Source of the DNA: Pseudomonadota bacterium
GTDB lineage: Bacteria > Myxococcota > JACRCW01 > JAFGSX01
DNA length: 64,000 nucleotides
NCBI GenBank assembly: GCA_043821645.1
Contig: JBDRCO010000076.1
Span: 96,001 to 160,000, forward strand
Direction of reading: 5' to 3'
The notes under the pieces are model-generated. The model was not told the origin of the DNA. It saw only the letters and a program-made list of their open reading frames with translations, and did not search any database. Below are positions 32,601 to 41,178 of the stretch, piece by piece. The stretch's first letter is position 1; each line of letters opens with the position of its first letter. A program made the position numbers and the translations under genes.

Positions 32601-33053
32601 CTTGCCTCCCAGTTCGAGTCCGTGCGCCTGCCTCTCCTGATCCTGTCCACGGTGCCGCTGGGTCTGGTGGGTGCCGTGCTGGGGCTCGCGATCTCCGGCA
32701 CACCACTGTCCATCCTGGCGCTCATCGGCGGCATCACCCTGGTCGGCATCGTCGTCAACAACGCCATCGTGCTCCTGGATCGCGTGCAGCGCGAGCAGCG
32801 CGCAGGTGTGGCACTGGACGAGGCGCTATGTCGTGCTGCCAGCCTGCGGCTGCGACCCATTCTGATGACCTCGCTGACCACCATCGTGGGTCTGCTGCCC
32901 ATGGCCCTGAGTCGAGGTGAGGGGGCCGAGCTGCGCGCTCCCATCGCGATCACGCTGATCTCGGGCTTGCTGGTGAGCACGCTGCTGACCTTGATCGTGG
33001 TGCCGGTGCTGGTGCGTCTGACCAGCCCGCGGAGCCGGAGCATGGTGGCGTGA
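29631..33053 (+). CDS. RND efflux permease (AcrB/AcrD/AcrF family)
   Basis: YPGAAPEEVE, GMLVDNAVVVLE, GIVVNNAIVL, RLRPILMT. Confidence 0.93.
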   Translation: MVVLSSLWSEFPVRRPVAVVMATTAVLVFGLVSYARLPLALFPELTYPTLTIRTSYPGAAPEEVEEAVVRPIEELVATVDGLVRMRSAARADGADVVLEFGWGWSMVNAAQDVRERIDVLQLPEGVQRPLLLRYDPSLDPILRVGLLAEAGSLSLGELRDYADQHLRRELERVPGVASVSVLGGEEREVEVALDSARLTAVGLTAAQVSARLKAENINVAGGDLREGNAQYLVRTLHQLRSLDAIRDVVLLRRDEAYVRLGDVATVALVARRPTHRARFAGREGVELAVFKEADANIVQTARAVRTRLSVDENETGAERPSSRVAAAKAKGKSARARRGKVQASQGVELPGGVRVVVLTDQSRFIEAALSEVRQAAWTGGLLAMLILYLFLRTLRATLITAVAIPVSVVVTFAPLSLAGVSLNIMSLGGLALGIGMLVDNAVVVLESIARCREEGDSLARAAVRGTSEVGGAVAASTLTTVAVFAPMVFVEGVAGQVFGDLALSVVSSLLASLAVALTLMPMLASRDVDAQGVAAGTRHPREAARRLVSGCTQPWRRHRRWWHWLLVLPYLLLRTAALAAFSTVGWLLFTQYWLAVKAGRASLRVLGGMEGRIGILLFSPFDRGYLLLDRTLQATLRQSFFRPWLVLGPTLVLTTLALFALPSLGSSLVPDVNRGLFDIRVSFPVGTPLDQTLRQLEPVERILAARPEVALLSTFAGVSDELWQQSSEGEHTAQVRVQLRPGNKVLAREAQIMDLARSALAQIPEVQVRLERPPLFSFAAPVEVQITGVDIEPLQQATVLVLQTLRSLPTLTDIESSAAAGLPEVHVELRQASLAQLGLDAETVAQTVRDQIHGRDASLYRPARSTGDRFDIVVRGDLGPLPRVRELAGIPVSHVDGVAVPLGAVAELRHGLGPVEVQHLDGIRGVILQAGLAEDVDLARAATSIRDAVAGLALPVGVDVRVAGQDVERAQAMRSLQLALALAVFLVFAVLASQFESVRLPLLILSTVPLGLVGAVLGLAISGTPLSILALIGGITLVGIVVNNAIVLLDRVQREQRAGVALDEALCRAASLRLRPILMTSLTTIVGLLPMALSRGEGAELRAPIAITLISGLLVSTLLTLIVVPVLVRLTSPRSRSMVA

Positions 33054-33820
33054 CAGCGCCAGCACAGGTTGCTGTGGACTGGACTGAGAACGCTGTGCTG
33101 GGTGGCCGCGTGGTCGTGGCCCAGGACCGTCGCGGCTACCGCTACAACGTCGACGCGCTGTGGCTGGTGCGGCACTGCGTGGGTGAGGCGCGCGGTCGTG
33201 TCGTGGATCTGGGCGCGGGCAGTGGCGTGATCGGACTGTGCCTGGGTGCCCGGGTCGGTGTCGACGAGGTGGTCCTGGTGGAGCGCCAGGCCGCCCTTGT
33301 GCGGTGCGCCCGGCGCAGCATCGAGCTCAGCGCGCCGCGTTGCCCCGTCCGCATCCTGGAGAAGGATCTGCGCCAGCTCACGGCAGCCGAGGTGGGCGCT
33401 CCCGCCGACCTCGTGGTCTGCAATCCGCCTTTTCATGACGTCACGCGCTCGCGGCCAGCCGCGAACCCGCAACTGGACCAGGCGCGCCGCGCCTTGCATG
33501 GCGACGTCCATGACTTTGTTCGCGCAGCCCGCCGGCTGATGGGTGCCGAGAGCTGGCTGGGGGTTGTCTACCCTGCGGCACGGCGCGGCGAATTGCTCGA
33601 GGCCCTGCGCGCTTCTGGCTTGAGCGCGGGCCAGTGGCGTGTGGTCCAGGCTCGACCGAAGCGACCGCCGCGCCTGATCCTCGTCCTGGTCCGGCCAGGG
33701 TCGACGGGCGACTTCGACGAGCTGGAACCGTGGATAGAGCAGGACAGCGACGGCTCCGAATCGAGCCTCGCGCGCTCGCTCCGAGATGCCTCGTGGCTGG
33801 ACCAACGATCCCTCCCCTGA
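33050..33820 (+). CDS. tRNA1(Val) m6A37 methyltransferase-like SAM-dependent methyltransferase
   Basis: Q...GYRYNVDA, VDLGAGSG, VCNPPF. Confidence 0.8.
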   Translation: MTAPAQVAVDWTENAVLGGRVVVAQDRRGYRYNVDALWLVRHCVGEARGRVVDLGAGSGVIGLCLGARVGVDEVVLVERQAALVRCARRSIELSAPRCPVRILEKDLRQLTAAEVGAPADLVVCNPPFHDVTRSRPAANPQLDQARRALHGDVHDFVRAARRLMGAESWLGVVYPAARRGELLEALRASGLSAGQWRVVQARPKRPPRLILVLVRPGSTGDFDELEPWIEQDSDGSESSLARSLRDASWLDQRSLP

Positions 33821-33867
33821 CCTGACCCCGCGGGTCGGGTCTCGCCCTGTCTCTCACCAAACGGGGT

Positions 33868-33894
33868 TGCGTGAGCTATACTTGGAATCACGCA
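33868..33894 (+). promoter_or_regulatory. Inverted repeat enclosing a -10-like box upstream of the YG-repeat gene
   Basis: TGCGTGA-N13-TCACGCA with TATACT at 33877-33882. Confidence 0.45.
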
Positions 33895-33922
33895 GCGTGG
33901 GACTGCGACATAGGAGGTTGTC

Positions 33923-34426
33923 ATGGACGACAAGCAGATGCGCCAGAAGATAGATCAGGCACTCGGTGCGCTGGAGCAGCGCCTGCGCATGCGGGGCCGG
34001 GTCAAGACCGCCGCCGCTGGCGCCACGGCCGGCCTGATGATGGCCCTGGATGCCTGCGTCAAGATTGTCGATCCGCAGCCGGTGTATGGCGTCCAGGTGG
34101 ATGCGACGCAACAGGATGGGGCCAGGGACGCGAGCGGTTCCGATCTGGTGGTGCTCTATGGCATCCAGGATGCGGGCCCGACGGACCTGTCCATGGGCGA
34201 GATGAGCACCCTCTACGGGGTGATGACCGACGCCACGTTTGACGCCGGCCCGGCGCCCGACGTGGACCTGGGTGAGATGGGTGTGCTCTACGGGGTCATG
34301 ACCGACGCCACGGTGCAGGACGTGGACCTCGGGGAGATGAGTGTTCTTTACGGCATCCAGCAGCCTGACGGCGGCGACGAGGACGCGAACGTCGAGGATG
34401 CCGAGACCACGGAAGACGCAAGTTGA
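33923..34426 (+). CDS. Lipoprotein-like protein with five (L/V)YG repeats; candidate splicease/RiPP-type precursor
   Basis: AGGAGG SD; charged helix aa1-28, hydrophobic stretch ending LDAC (C45); PVYGV, VLYGI, TLYGV, VLYGV, VLYGI. Confidence 0.75.
   Translation: MDDKQMRQKIDQALGALEQRLRMRGRVKTAAAGATAGLMMALDACVKIVDPQPVYGVQVDATQQDGARDASGSDLVVLYGIQDAGPTDLSMGEMSTLYGVMTDATFDAGPAPDVDLGEMGVLYGVMTDATVQDVDLGEMSVLYGIQQPDGGDEDANVEDAETTEDAS
34183..34360 (+). repeat. Internal tandem repeat (last two units 60 bp apart) encoding D(V)DLGEMxxLYG(V/I)
   Basis: gacgtggacctgggtgagatgggtgtgctctacggg vs gacgtggacctcggggagatgagtgttctttacggc; earlier unit ggcgagatgagcaccctctacggggtgatgaccgacgccacg. Confidence 0.8.
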
Positions 34427-34469
34427 GCGCGCACGTTTCCACCGTGGACATCCCGCGAAGGGGGCTGAG

Positions 34470-35594
34470 ATGCGTCTGATGGATGTCGCGTTCGGGCTGC
34501 TGGCGCTGACTGTCCCGCTGCTAGGTTGCCCCGAAGAGGCCATCGTGCCTTCGGGCAGCGACGGTGGTGCGCGGGGAGTGCTGATCCTTGGCGATGGCGC
34601 GGTTTTACTGGGCGACGGCGCGGTGGTGCCGGTCGATGGAGGCTATGACCTCGGCGACGGCGCCATGGTCTTGCCTGACGGGGCCGTGGTGCCTGTCCCC
34701 GACGCCGGCGTGGCGACCGGGGATGCAGGGCCCGCCCTTGCGACCTGCGACGATACGGCTGCAGGTCTGGCTGGCTGCCAGTGCTCGGATGGCATCGACC
34801 AGCCCTGCGATGGCCATCCCAATGGCGATGGCTTCATCGACGAGTATGACATCTTCTGTGCGGGACCTTTTGACAATGACGAGTGCTCCTGGGCCACGGG
34901 CATCCCTGGTGACAATCGCAGCGCCTCGCACGGTGACAGGGAGTGTTTCTTCGACGGCAACTCAGGTCTGGGAAACGACGACGAGTGCTTCATGTTCGTG
35001 CCGCCGGGCTGTGACTGCTACGGGTGCTGCGCGTTTGACATCAATGGGGACGACGTCAAGGAAGAGGTGCGCCTGGGTGGAGCCTGCGAACGCTTCGTGG
35101 TGACCGGGACACCCCAGGCGGGGCAGCTCGGAGGGGCCTGCCTCGGTGGAGGAACCTGCAGCGGAACCCTGCTGTGTGTCACGGATACCGGGGGCGGTTC
35201 TTTCTGCGCGCCTTGCGAGCCCTGCGCCAACTTCGGCGGAACGCAGTGCAACGAGACCACGGGGGAGGGGTGCTGCTGGAATGTCTGCGACGAAGCGGCT
35301 GGTGAGATTTGCTTCGGCGACGAGCCGCCGCCGCTGTCACCCTACGACGCAGGTTCTTCAGTCACGGATAGCAGCACGGCCACGGGCACGGACTCCGGCA
35401 GCAGCACGGTCCACGACGGCTCGTCCTCGAGCAGCGATGCTGCGACCACGACCCGCGACGCCAGCACGACAGGGAACGATGCGAGCTGGCCCGGCGATCC
35501 GCGGTGCAGCGATCTCCCCTACTGCGGGCCAGATGGTCCCTGCCCCACCGGCACCTTCTGCTACTTCGCCTGCTGCTATCCACTGCCTGGGTAG
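34470..35594 (+). CDS. Cys-rich lipoprotein
   Basis: Lipobox LLGC; L(G/P)DGA(V/M) repeats; about 30 further Cys; Ser/Thr/Asp linker. Confidence 0.8.
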   Translation: MRLMDVAFGLLALTVPLLGCPEEAIVPSGSDGGARGVLILGDGAVLLGDGAVVPVDGGYDLGDGAMVLPDGAVVPVPDAGVATGDAGPALATCDDTAAGLAGCQCSDGIDQPCDGHPNGDGFIDEYDIFCAGPFDNDECSWATGIPGDNRSASHGDRECFFDGNSGLGNDDECFMFVPPGCDCYGCCAFDINGDDVKEEVRLGGACERFVVTGTPQAGQLGGACLGGGTCSGTLLCVTDTGGGSFCAPCEPCANFGGTQCNETTGEGCCWNVCDEAAGEICFGDEPPPLSPYDAGSSVTDSSTATGTDSGSSTVHDGSSSSSDAATTTRDASTTGNDASWPGDPRCSDLPYCGPDGPCPTGTFCYFACCYPLPG

Positions 35595-35693
35595 ACCCAA
35601 TCGGGCAGGAAAAGGACGAGATCGCTGAGGCTCTGAGAAGGGGGTTCTCACCCAGCCCGAGGCCATCGCGCTTCTTGGACTCGTCAGCGTGAC

Positions 35694-36962
35694 TCAGCGA
35701 TAGGGACTGAACAGGGCCACGCTGGTGCGCCGTGCGTTGAGCGCAAGCAGTTCTACCGCACCATAGGCGTCACCGCTGGTCTCGGGGATCTGCTGCTGGA
35801 CAAACTCGACGATGATGGTCCGGGCCTGCTGGCCTGAGCTTGTGGTATCGCACTCATCCCACAGCTCAAAGATCGTGGCGCGACGTTCGAGGGTCGATTG
35901 GCTCTGGTCCGCCCACACCTCGCACAGGTGCGCGTGCAGTCCGTCAAGAGCCGAGCGCTGCACACGAGCCAGGTGCTGGCTGCGAAGCTGATCGCGCAGA
36001 TTCTCGGTCTCGGTCAACAAGCAGGTCTTGGCCGTGGCGTAGGGGTCCTCAGCCACGGCGCGCATGGCTGACTCGGTGATGTCGAAGATGCCGCTGATGC
36101 TGTTGGCGGTCAGGATGAGGTTGAGCATGGCCAGGACATCCTTGACGTCGTCGTTGACGGGGATTCCCTGGGCTTTTCCCAGCTTCTGGAGCTCGTGGCG
36201 GCGTTCGCGCAGCGCGCGCTGCAGCTCGGCCCGCGGGTCCTTGAACAGCTCAGGCAGGCGCTCGACAGGCACACCGAGGGCGCGAGCGCGGATATGCGGT
36301 GGGTCGTACAGCAACACGCTGCCATCGGCGAAGATCTCGGCGTGGATCTGCGATCCCTGGTAGGTGTAGCCGCCGTCCGCGGTGGGTGTGAGCTGGCCCA
36401 GGAGGGTACCTGCCCGGTCGCGCTCCGTGACAGGGACCTGACCGTAAGACGGATCAAAAAGGTGGGCCATCGGGTCTGGCCTGTCCATCCTGCGCTCCAG
36501 GGTCGATGCACCGGGATGCAGTCCGCGGCTCCCGGCGGCGAGCACCTGTTCCAGGAACGAAGGTGCAGACTCCTCGGGCGTGGTGGGAGTGCGGCGGAAG
36601 CTGATGGCGGCAGGCGCTGGAGCCAGCTCCGGCGAGCTTGGCGTCGTGCCAAGGTCCTCAGCCACGGGCTCGATGCCTGCAACCTGTGGCTGCTTCTCGT
36701 CGCCACGACGGATAGATCTTGCGATGGGACGCGGCTCCAGGATCCTGGCTGGTTGCGCAGCGACAGCTGGCGGGGTCTCAACGCGTTCCAGTAGCAGCAC
36801 GGGAAGGACGCGGTTCGTGGTCTTCGTGGCGTCGGATACAGGTTCGGGCCAGGTGCTGATCCAGAAGGCGAGTCCGCCGTGGAGCAGCAGCGCCAGCACC
36901 AGGGCCACACCCAGGCGGGTGACACTGTTCAGAGGTCGGCGTCCTGGGCGGTCATCCATCAT
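35694..36962 (-). CDS. Membrane-anchored hypothetical protein
   Basis: N-terminal TM (LALLLHG), Pro-rich linker, helical C-terminal domain (FELWDEC). Confidence 0.65.
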   Translation of the reverse strand: MMDDRPGRRPLNSVTRLGVALVLALLLHGGLAFWISTWPEPVSDATKTTNRVLPVLLLERVETPPAVAAQPARILEPRPIARSIRRGDEKQPQVAGIEPVAEDLGTTPSSPELAPAPAAISFRRTPTTPEESAPSFLEQVLAAGSRGLHPGASTLERRMDRPDPMAHLFDPSYGQVPVTERDRAGTLLGQLTPTADGGYTYQGSQIHAEIFADGSVLLYDPPHIRARALGVPVERLPELFKDPRAELQRALRERRHELQKLGKAQGIPVNDDVKDVLAMLNLILTANSISGIFDITESAMRAVAEDPYATAKTCLLTETENLRDQLRSQHLARVQRSALDGLHAHLCEVWADQSQSTLERRATIFELWDECDTTSSGQQARTIIVEFVQQQIPETSGDAYGAVELLALNARRTSVALFSPYR

Positions 36963-37081
36963 CGAGGGTCCTGCGCTGCGTCAACTTCAGTATATCCCTA
37001 TGCGAGGCGAGCACGATCTTGCCGCCGAGGCCTGGTTTCCGCGTTATCTTGTGCTGACGACCTGCGAGACGGGGAGGGCGC

Positions 37082-37276
37082 ATGACCGACAAGGCCGAGA
37101 ACACCGAGCCCGCGTTCAAACCGCCAGCTCCCGACGAGCTGCGCCGACGCATCGCCCGCACCCTCGACGACAGCACGGAGCAGGAGCTGCAGGACGGGGT
37201 CTATCCCAAGAAATGTGGCATTGGTGCCTTCACCTCGACCGAGGGCGATGAAGAGACACCACAGCGTCGGCGGTGA
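37082..37276 (+). CDS. Small hypothetical protein
   Basis: 64 aa, GGAGG SD, normal codon usage. Confidence 0.5.
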   Translation: MTDKAENTEPAFKPPAPDELRRRIARTLDDSTEQELQDGVYPKKCGIGAFTSTEGDEETPQRRR

Positions 37277-37420
37277 GCTCGAACAGATTTCCCTGCACAA
37301 TGTCGACGTGAACTTGGCGAACGGAAGACCTCCAGCTCCCCGCGAGGTCATCTTTTCTTGCTCACCAAGACAGCGTCTCCATTGTCTGGCTTCTCCTGGA
37401 GGGACGGCGCAGCCAACGTC

Positions 37421-37957
37421 CTAACCCCCCACGCTCTCCAGGTGATACTCGAGCTGCACCAGACCGCTCTTGAATGCCTGGCTGCGCAGCAGCTTCAGCC
37501 TGCGCAGCTCGAGCTCCGGGGTGAACAGCGGAATACCGCGACCCAGGACCAGGGGCACCAGGGACAGGGTGAGATCGTCGACAAGCGCCGCCTGCAGGAA
37601 CTGCCGGATGACCTGACCGCCGTCGACGTAGATCCTGCGAAGGCCCTGCACCCCGAGCTCGGCCACGAGCTGGCCAGGGGTGCCCTGAAAGAACTGCTCG
37701 CCGTGGCGCGGCTCCGCGGGACGGTGGCTGAGTACCACGCAGTGCTTGCCGGGGTAGGGCCAGGCGTCAAAGCCGGTCACCACGTCGTAGGTGCGGCGGC
37801 CCAGCACCACGCCGTCGACGCGGGCTATAAAGGCGTCGAAGCCGAAGTCCTCACCGGTGCTGTTCACCGACTCGAGCCAGGCGAGGCCGTCGTCGGGATC
37901 CGCGAGGTAACCATCGAGGCTGGTGGCGACGAAGACAGAGCAACGGGGTCGTGACAT
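37421..37957 (-). CDS. Dihydrofolate reductase-like (RibD C-terminal) family protein
   Basis: FVATSLDGYLA, LGRRTY, YVDGG, VPLVLGRGIPLF; GAGGAG SD. Confidence 0.88.
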   Translation of the reverse strand: MSRPRCSVFVATSLDGYLADPDDGLAWLESVNSTGEDFGFDAFIARVDGVVLGRRTYDVVTGFDAWPYPGKHCVVLSHRPAEPRHGEQFFQGTPGQLVAELGVQGLRRIYVDGGQVIRQFLQAALVDDLTLSLVPLVLGRGIPLFTPELELRRLKLLRSQAFKSGLVQLEYHLESVGG

Positions 37958-38073
37958 GTCCAGCTCCTCAATCTGCCCCCAAGTGCGCCATTTGACGCCT
38001 GATGCCACCCGCCACGACAGGCGCCCTCCGGCCTCGATTTCGGACTAGGCTTGGCCAGTCAGGAGGATACGCC

Positions 38074-38892
38074 GTGGCAGCTTTCTGGGAAAACAAGGTT
38101 GTGTTCATCACCGGGGCGTCGAGCGGCATTGGCGAGGGCCTGGCCCTGGCCCTGGGGCGAGCGGGTGCGGCCGTGGGCCTGATCGCGCGACGCGAGGACC
38201 TGCTGCGCGATCTCGCACACCGCATCGAAGCCGAGAGCTCCCGGGCCGCGGTGGCCGTGGCCGACGTGAGCAACCGCGAGCAGATCGAGGCTGCCATCGC
38301 CTCGCTGGAGCAACAGCTCGGTCCTCCCGACGTGCTGGTGGCCAACGCCGGCGTCAGCATCTTCATAAAGGGGCACCGCTTCGACACGACCAAGGTGGAG
38401 ACGGTTTTCAAGGTGAACCTGCTCGGCGCGGTGTATTCCATCGGCGCGGTACTGCCTGGCATGGTCGAGCGCGGCCAGGGTCACATCGTCGGTGTGTCGT
38501 CGATCGCGGGCTTTCGCGGCCTGCCCAGCATGGGACCCTACAGCGCCAGCAAGGCCGCCCTGTCCGCCCTGCTCGAGGCCCTGCGCATGGATCTGACTCC
38601 CCGCGGCATCGTGGTGAGCTCGGTTCACCCGGGCTTCGTCGACACCCCACTGGTCGAGGGACGTAAGCTGCCCTTCCTGGTTCCGCTCGACCGAGCCGTG
38701 GTCACCATCCTCAATGGTGTCGAGCGCGGCAAGCGACGCATCGAGTTCCCCTGGCCCATGGTCCTGGTCATGCAGCTCGTCCGCCTGCTGCCCTGGCGGC
38801 TGTGGGAGTGGCTGGGCAGCCAGTTCAATCGCCGCATGTCCTCGGGCAAGCCCAAGACGCAGGTCGACACCCCACCGGCGCCGCCCGCCTGA
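38074..38892 (+). CDS. SDR family oxidoreductase
   Basis: TGASSGIG, NAG, YSASK, HPGFVDT; AGGAGG SD before GTG. Confidence 0.92.
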   Translation: MAAFWENKVVFITGASSGIGEGLALALGRAGAAVGLIARREDLLRDLAHRIEAESSRAAVAVADVSNREQIEAAIASLEQQLGPPDVLVANAGVSIFIKGHRFDTTKVETVFKVNLLGAVYSIGAVLPGMVERGQGHIVGVSSIAGFRGLPSMGPYSASKAALSALLEALRMDLTPRGIVVSSVHPGFVDTPLVEGRKLPFLVPLDRAVVTILNGVERGKRRIEFPWPMVLVMQLVRLLPWRLWEWLGSQFNRRMSSGKPKTQVDTPPAPPA

Positions 38893-38928
38893 GGGGGCCC
38901 AGGCCGTCGCGCCCGCGCACCCCGCACG

Positions 38929-39435
38929 TCAGTCCTGTGTTGTCGACGTCGCAGGTGCCGCGGTCCTCGGCTTCACCTCGAGGACCTGCGGTGGTTTCGC
39001 GCGCTCACGCAGCAGGAGCCAGCGCGCCAGGACCACGCCTGTCCCAATGGCCGCCACTTCCTGGAACATGGGGAGCAACAGAAAAGGGAGCACCACGCCG
39101 GCGAGCACCACAGCGATGCGCAGTGCCAGGTTGATGCTGTCCTGGCGGTCCCACTTGTCGGGTGCCAGGTAGGGCTGACCGCACGACAGGCACCAGGGCA
39201 CGGTGTTGATGCGCAGGAAATGGCAGTGCCCGCACAGGGGCCGCTCACAGTTGACGCAATGCTCCTGGGCTTCAACGTGGTGCTCCGGACAGGGCAGGGG
39301 CCGCGCTGGTCGCGGGGGTGTGATCAATTGTCCGGGCACCAGGGGCACCTCGGCATCCCGGGCATCGATCGGACAGTGCGGGCACTGCGCCCCGGTGGCG
39401 ACGAGCGGAAGGCCGCAGCGTGGGCAGGTGCTCAC
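38929..39435 (-). CDS. Zinc-finger (B-box-like) membrane protein
   Basis: CPRC..CPHC, CPEH..CVNC..LCGHC..CLSC, two TM helices. Confidence 0.65.
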   Translation of the reverse strand: MSTCPRCGLPLVATGAQCPHCPIDARDAEVPLVPGQLITPPRPARPLPCPEHHVEAQEHCVNCERPLCGHCHFLRINTVPWCLSCGQPYLAPDKWDRQDSINLALRIAVVLAGVVLPFLLLPMFQEVAAIGTGVVLARWLLLRERAKPPQVLEVKPRTAAPATSTTQD

Positions 39436-41087
39436 GGCCTGTGGGTCCAGATCTCGCGATGCGCGTCCAGAAAGCTCACCTCGTAGATCAGGGTCTCGCC
39501 GTCGGGGCTGAAGCTGGGAGCGGACTTCTGAGTGTGCTTGGTCTTGAGGCGCTGCAGTCCGGAGCCGTCAGGTTGCACGACGTAGAGGTCCGTGGCGTCG
39601 ATCTCGGCGTCCTGAAAGAACTGGCCGTAGCGCTTGTCAGCCTTCATCTTGTCGCCCAGGTCCGTCTTGAACACGCCCTCGAAGACAATGCTCCCATCGC
39701 GGGGCGACACCGCGAAATCGCCAAAGCCCCGGATCTCCCCTTCGGGCTTGAGCACAACGGTCTCGTTGTCGCCACCGGCATCCAGGCTTACCAGCTGTTG
39801 CTGTCCGTCGGGCTCCGGGCCCTGCACCAGGGCGAAGATCTGACTGCCATCGGGGCCGAAGATGGGGGACTGGTAGTGGCCACTGCGGGTGAGCTGCTTC
39901 TCGCGTCCGCTCGAGGGCTCGAACTGATAGATGTCGCCAACGTAGCGCCCGGCGCGCTCGAGGGTGCGGTCGTCGATGGCCGTGTCGTCGTCGTAGCCCC
40001 GTCGCCCACGAACAAGATCGCGCACCCGATCGGGATCCTGGGCCTGGTAAATCAGCACGTCGTCCCTGGGGGACCAGCTCAGGTGGGAGCAATTGTTTCG
40101 CGAGACCATGCGGATCTGGCCGCTCTGTGAGTCGAGGACGCTGAGGGCATCGTGGAGACGCTCGCGCCAGTTGCTGTTGATGAAGGCCAGCCAGCGTCCC
40201 GACGGGCTCCAGGCGAAGGTGTGGGCGTCGACCAGCCGCCGGGGCTCGCCGCCCTGGGCGGGGAGGTGAAAAATCACGGAGCGCCCGCCGTCGTCTCCGT
40301 CGTCACTCCATCCCACAAAGCTGATCTCGGCGTGGCGAGGACGCCAGGCGAAATCCAGGTACTCGACCCGGCCCTGGCCGACGTTGACCAGCTTGCGCGG
40401 CTCGCCTCCCAGCTTCTGCACCACCAGCCAGGTCTCACCGCTGATGTTTCCCTCGAGCGCTGCCACGGCACCGAACAAGGTTGCACGAGGCGCCTGCAGG
40501 TAGGCCAGGGTCTTGCCATCCGACGAGAAGCGCGCATGCGAGGCGTCCTGCTTGTCCGGCGCCTGGACCAGAACACCTGAGCTTGGCGCCAGTACCGCGC
40601 GGGCGACGACGGCGAGGATGGCGAGCCCGGTCACGCCTCCACCGATCAGGGCCACGCCACGATAGGAGCGCTCCGAGCTGCGTCCGGCCTCCTCGCCGGA
40701 CAGCGGCAGGCGCGGCGGCGGCGCGATCTCCGGGGCACGCAGGAGCCGGGCACGTTCCTGCACGAAACGATTGGCTGGTTCCAGCCGTGCGGCCTTGGTG
40801 ATGTACTCACGTGCCAGTTCCTTGGCCCCGGCCTCGAGGTAGATGTTGGCCAGCGCTGCCCACAGCGTGCAGGTCTCGGGCTTGCCTCGGATCTCCTGCT
40901 CGATGGCCTGCACGCGCTGCTGCACCTCGGCCGGCAAGGTCGGCAGAACCTGCTGCCGCAGATCGCGGTGGGTCTGGTCGTCGTCAGGGATCAGGACTTG
41001 GGCACAGCGTGGGCAGATCACGGCGCCCGGTGCGGCGGCGATCTGACACGCCGGGCAGGTCGGCGCGGTGCGAGGGTCGGCTGCCAT
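39432..41087 (-). CDS. Zinc ribbon-TPR-TM-TolB/PD40 beta-propeller protein
   Basis: CPAC..CPRC, TPR helix pair, TM, repeated FSSDG/WSPSG/SPRDG/FSPDG blades. Confidence 0.75.
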   Translation of the reverse strand: MAADPRTAPTCPACQIAAAPGAVICPRCAQVLIPDDDQTHRDLRQQVLPTLPAEVQQRVQAIEQEIRGKPETCTLWAALANIYLEAGAKELAREYITKAARLEPANRFVQERARLLRAPEIAPPPRLPLSGEEAGRSSERSYRGVALIGGGVTGLAILAVVARAVLAPSSGVLVQAPDKQDASHARFSSDGKTLAYLQAPRATLFGAVAALEGNISGETWLVVQKLGGEPRKLVNVGQGRVEYLDFAWRPRHAEISFVGWSDDGDDGGRSVIFHLPAQGGEPRRLVDAHTFAWSPSGRWLAFINSNWRERLHDALSVLDSQSGQIRMVSRNNCSHLSWSPRDDVLIYQAQDPDRVRDLVRGRRGYDDDTAIDDRTLERAGRYVGDIYQFEPSSGREKQLTRSGHYQSPIFGPDGSQIFALVQGPEPDGQQQLVSLDAGGDNETVVLKPEGEIRGFGDFAVSPRDGSIVFEGVFKTDLGDKMKADKRYGQFFQDAEIDATDLYVVQPDGSGLQRLKTKHTQKSAPSFSPDGETLIYEVSFLDAHREIWTHRP

Positions 41088-41178
41088 GGACGCTCCCCTT
41101 GAGAGGACAGCATTGTAGCGGCCGCGCGCCCTGGGTTGAAGTGGTCACCCGTCCTGGTGGCTCCCTCCGGGGCGCGGC

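Noticed and set aside
34183-34360. CRISPR-like repeat array
   Set aside because: Repeats are in-frame coding units with third-position variation, no unique spacers and no cas genes
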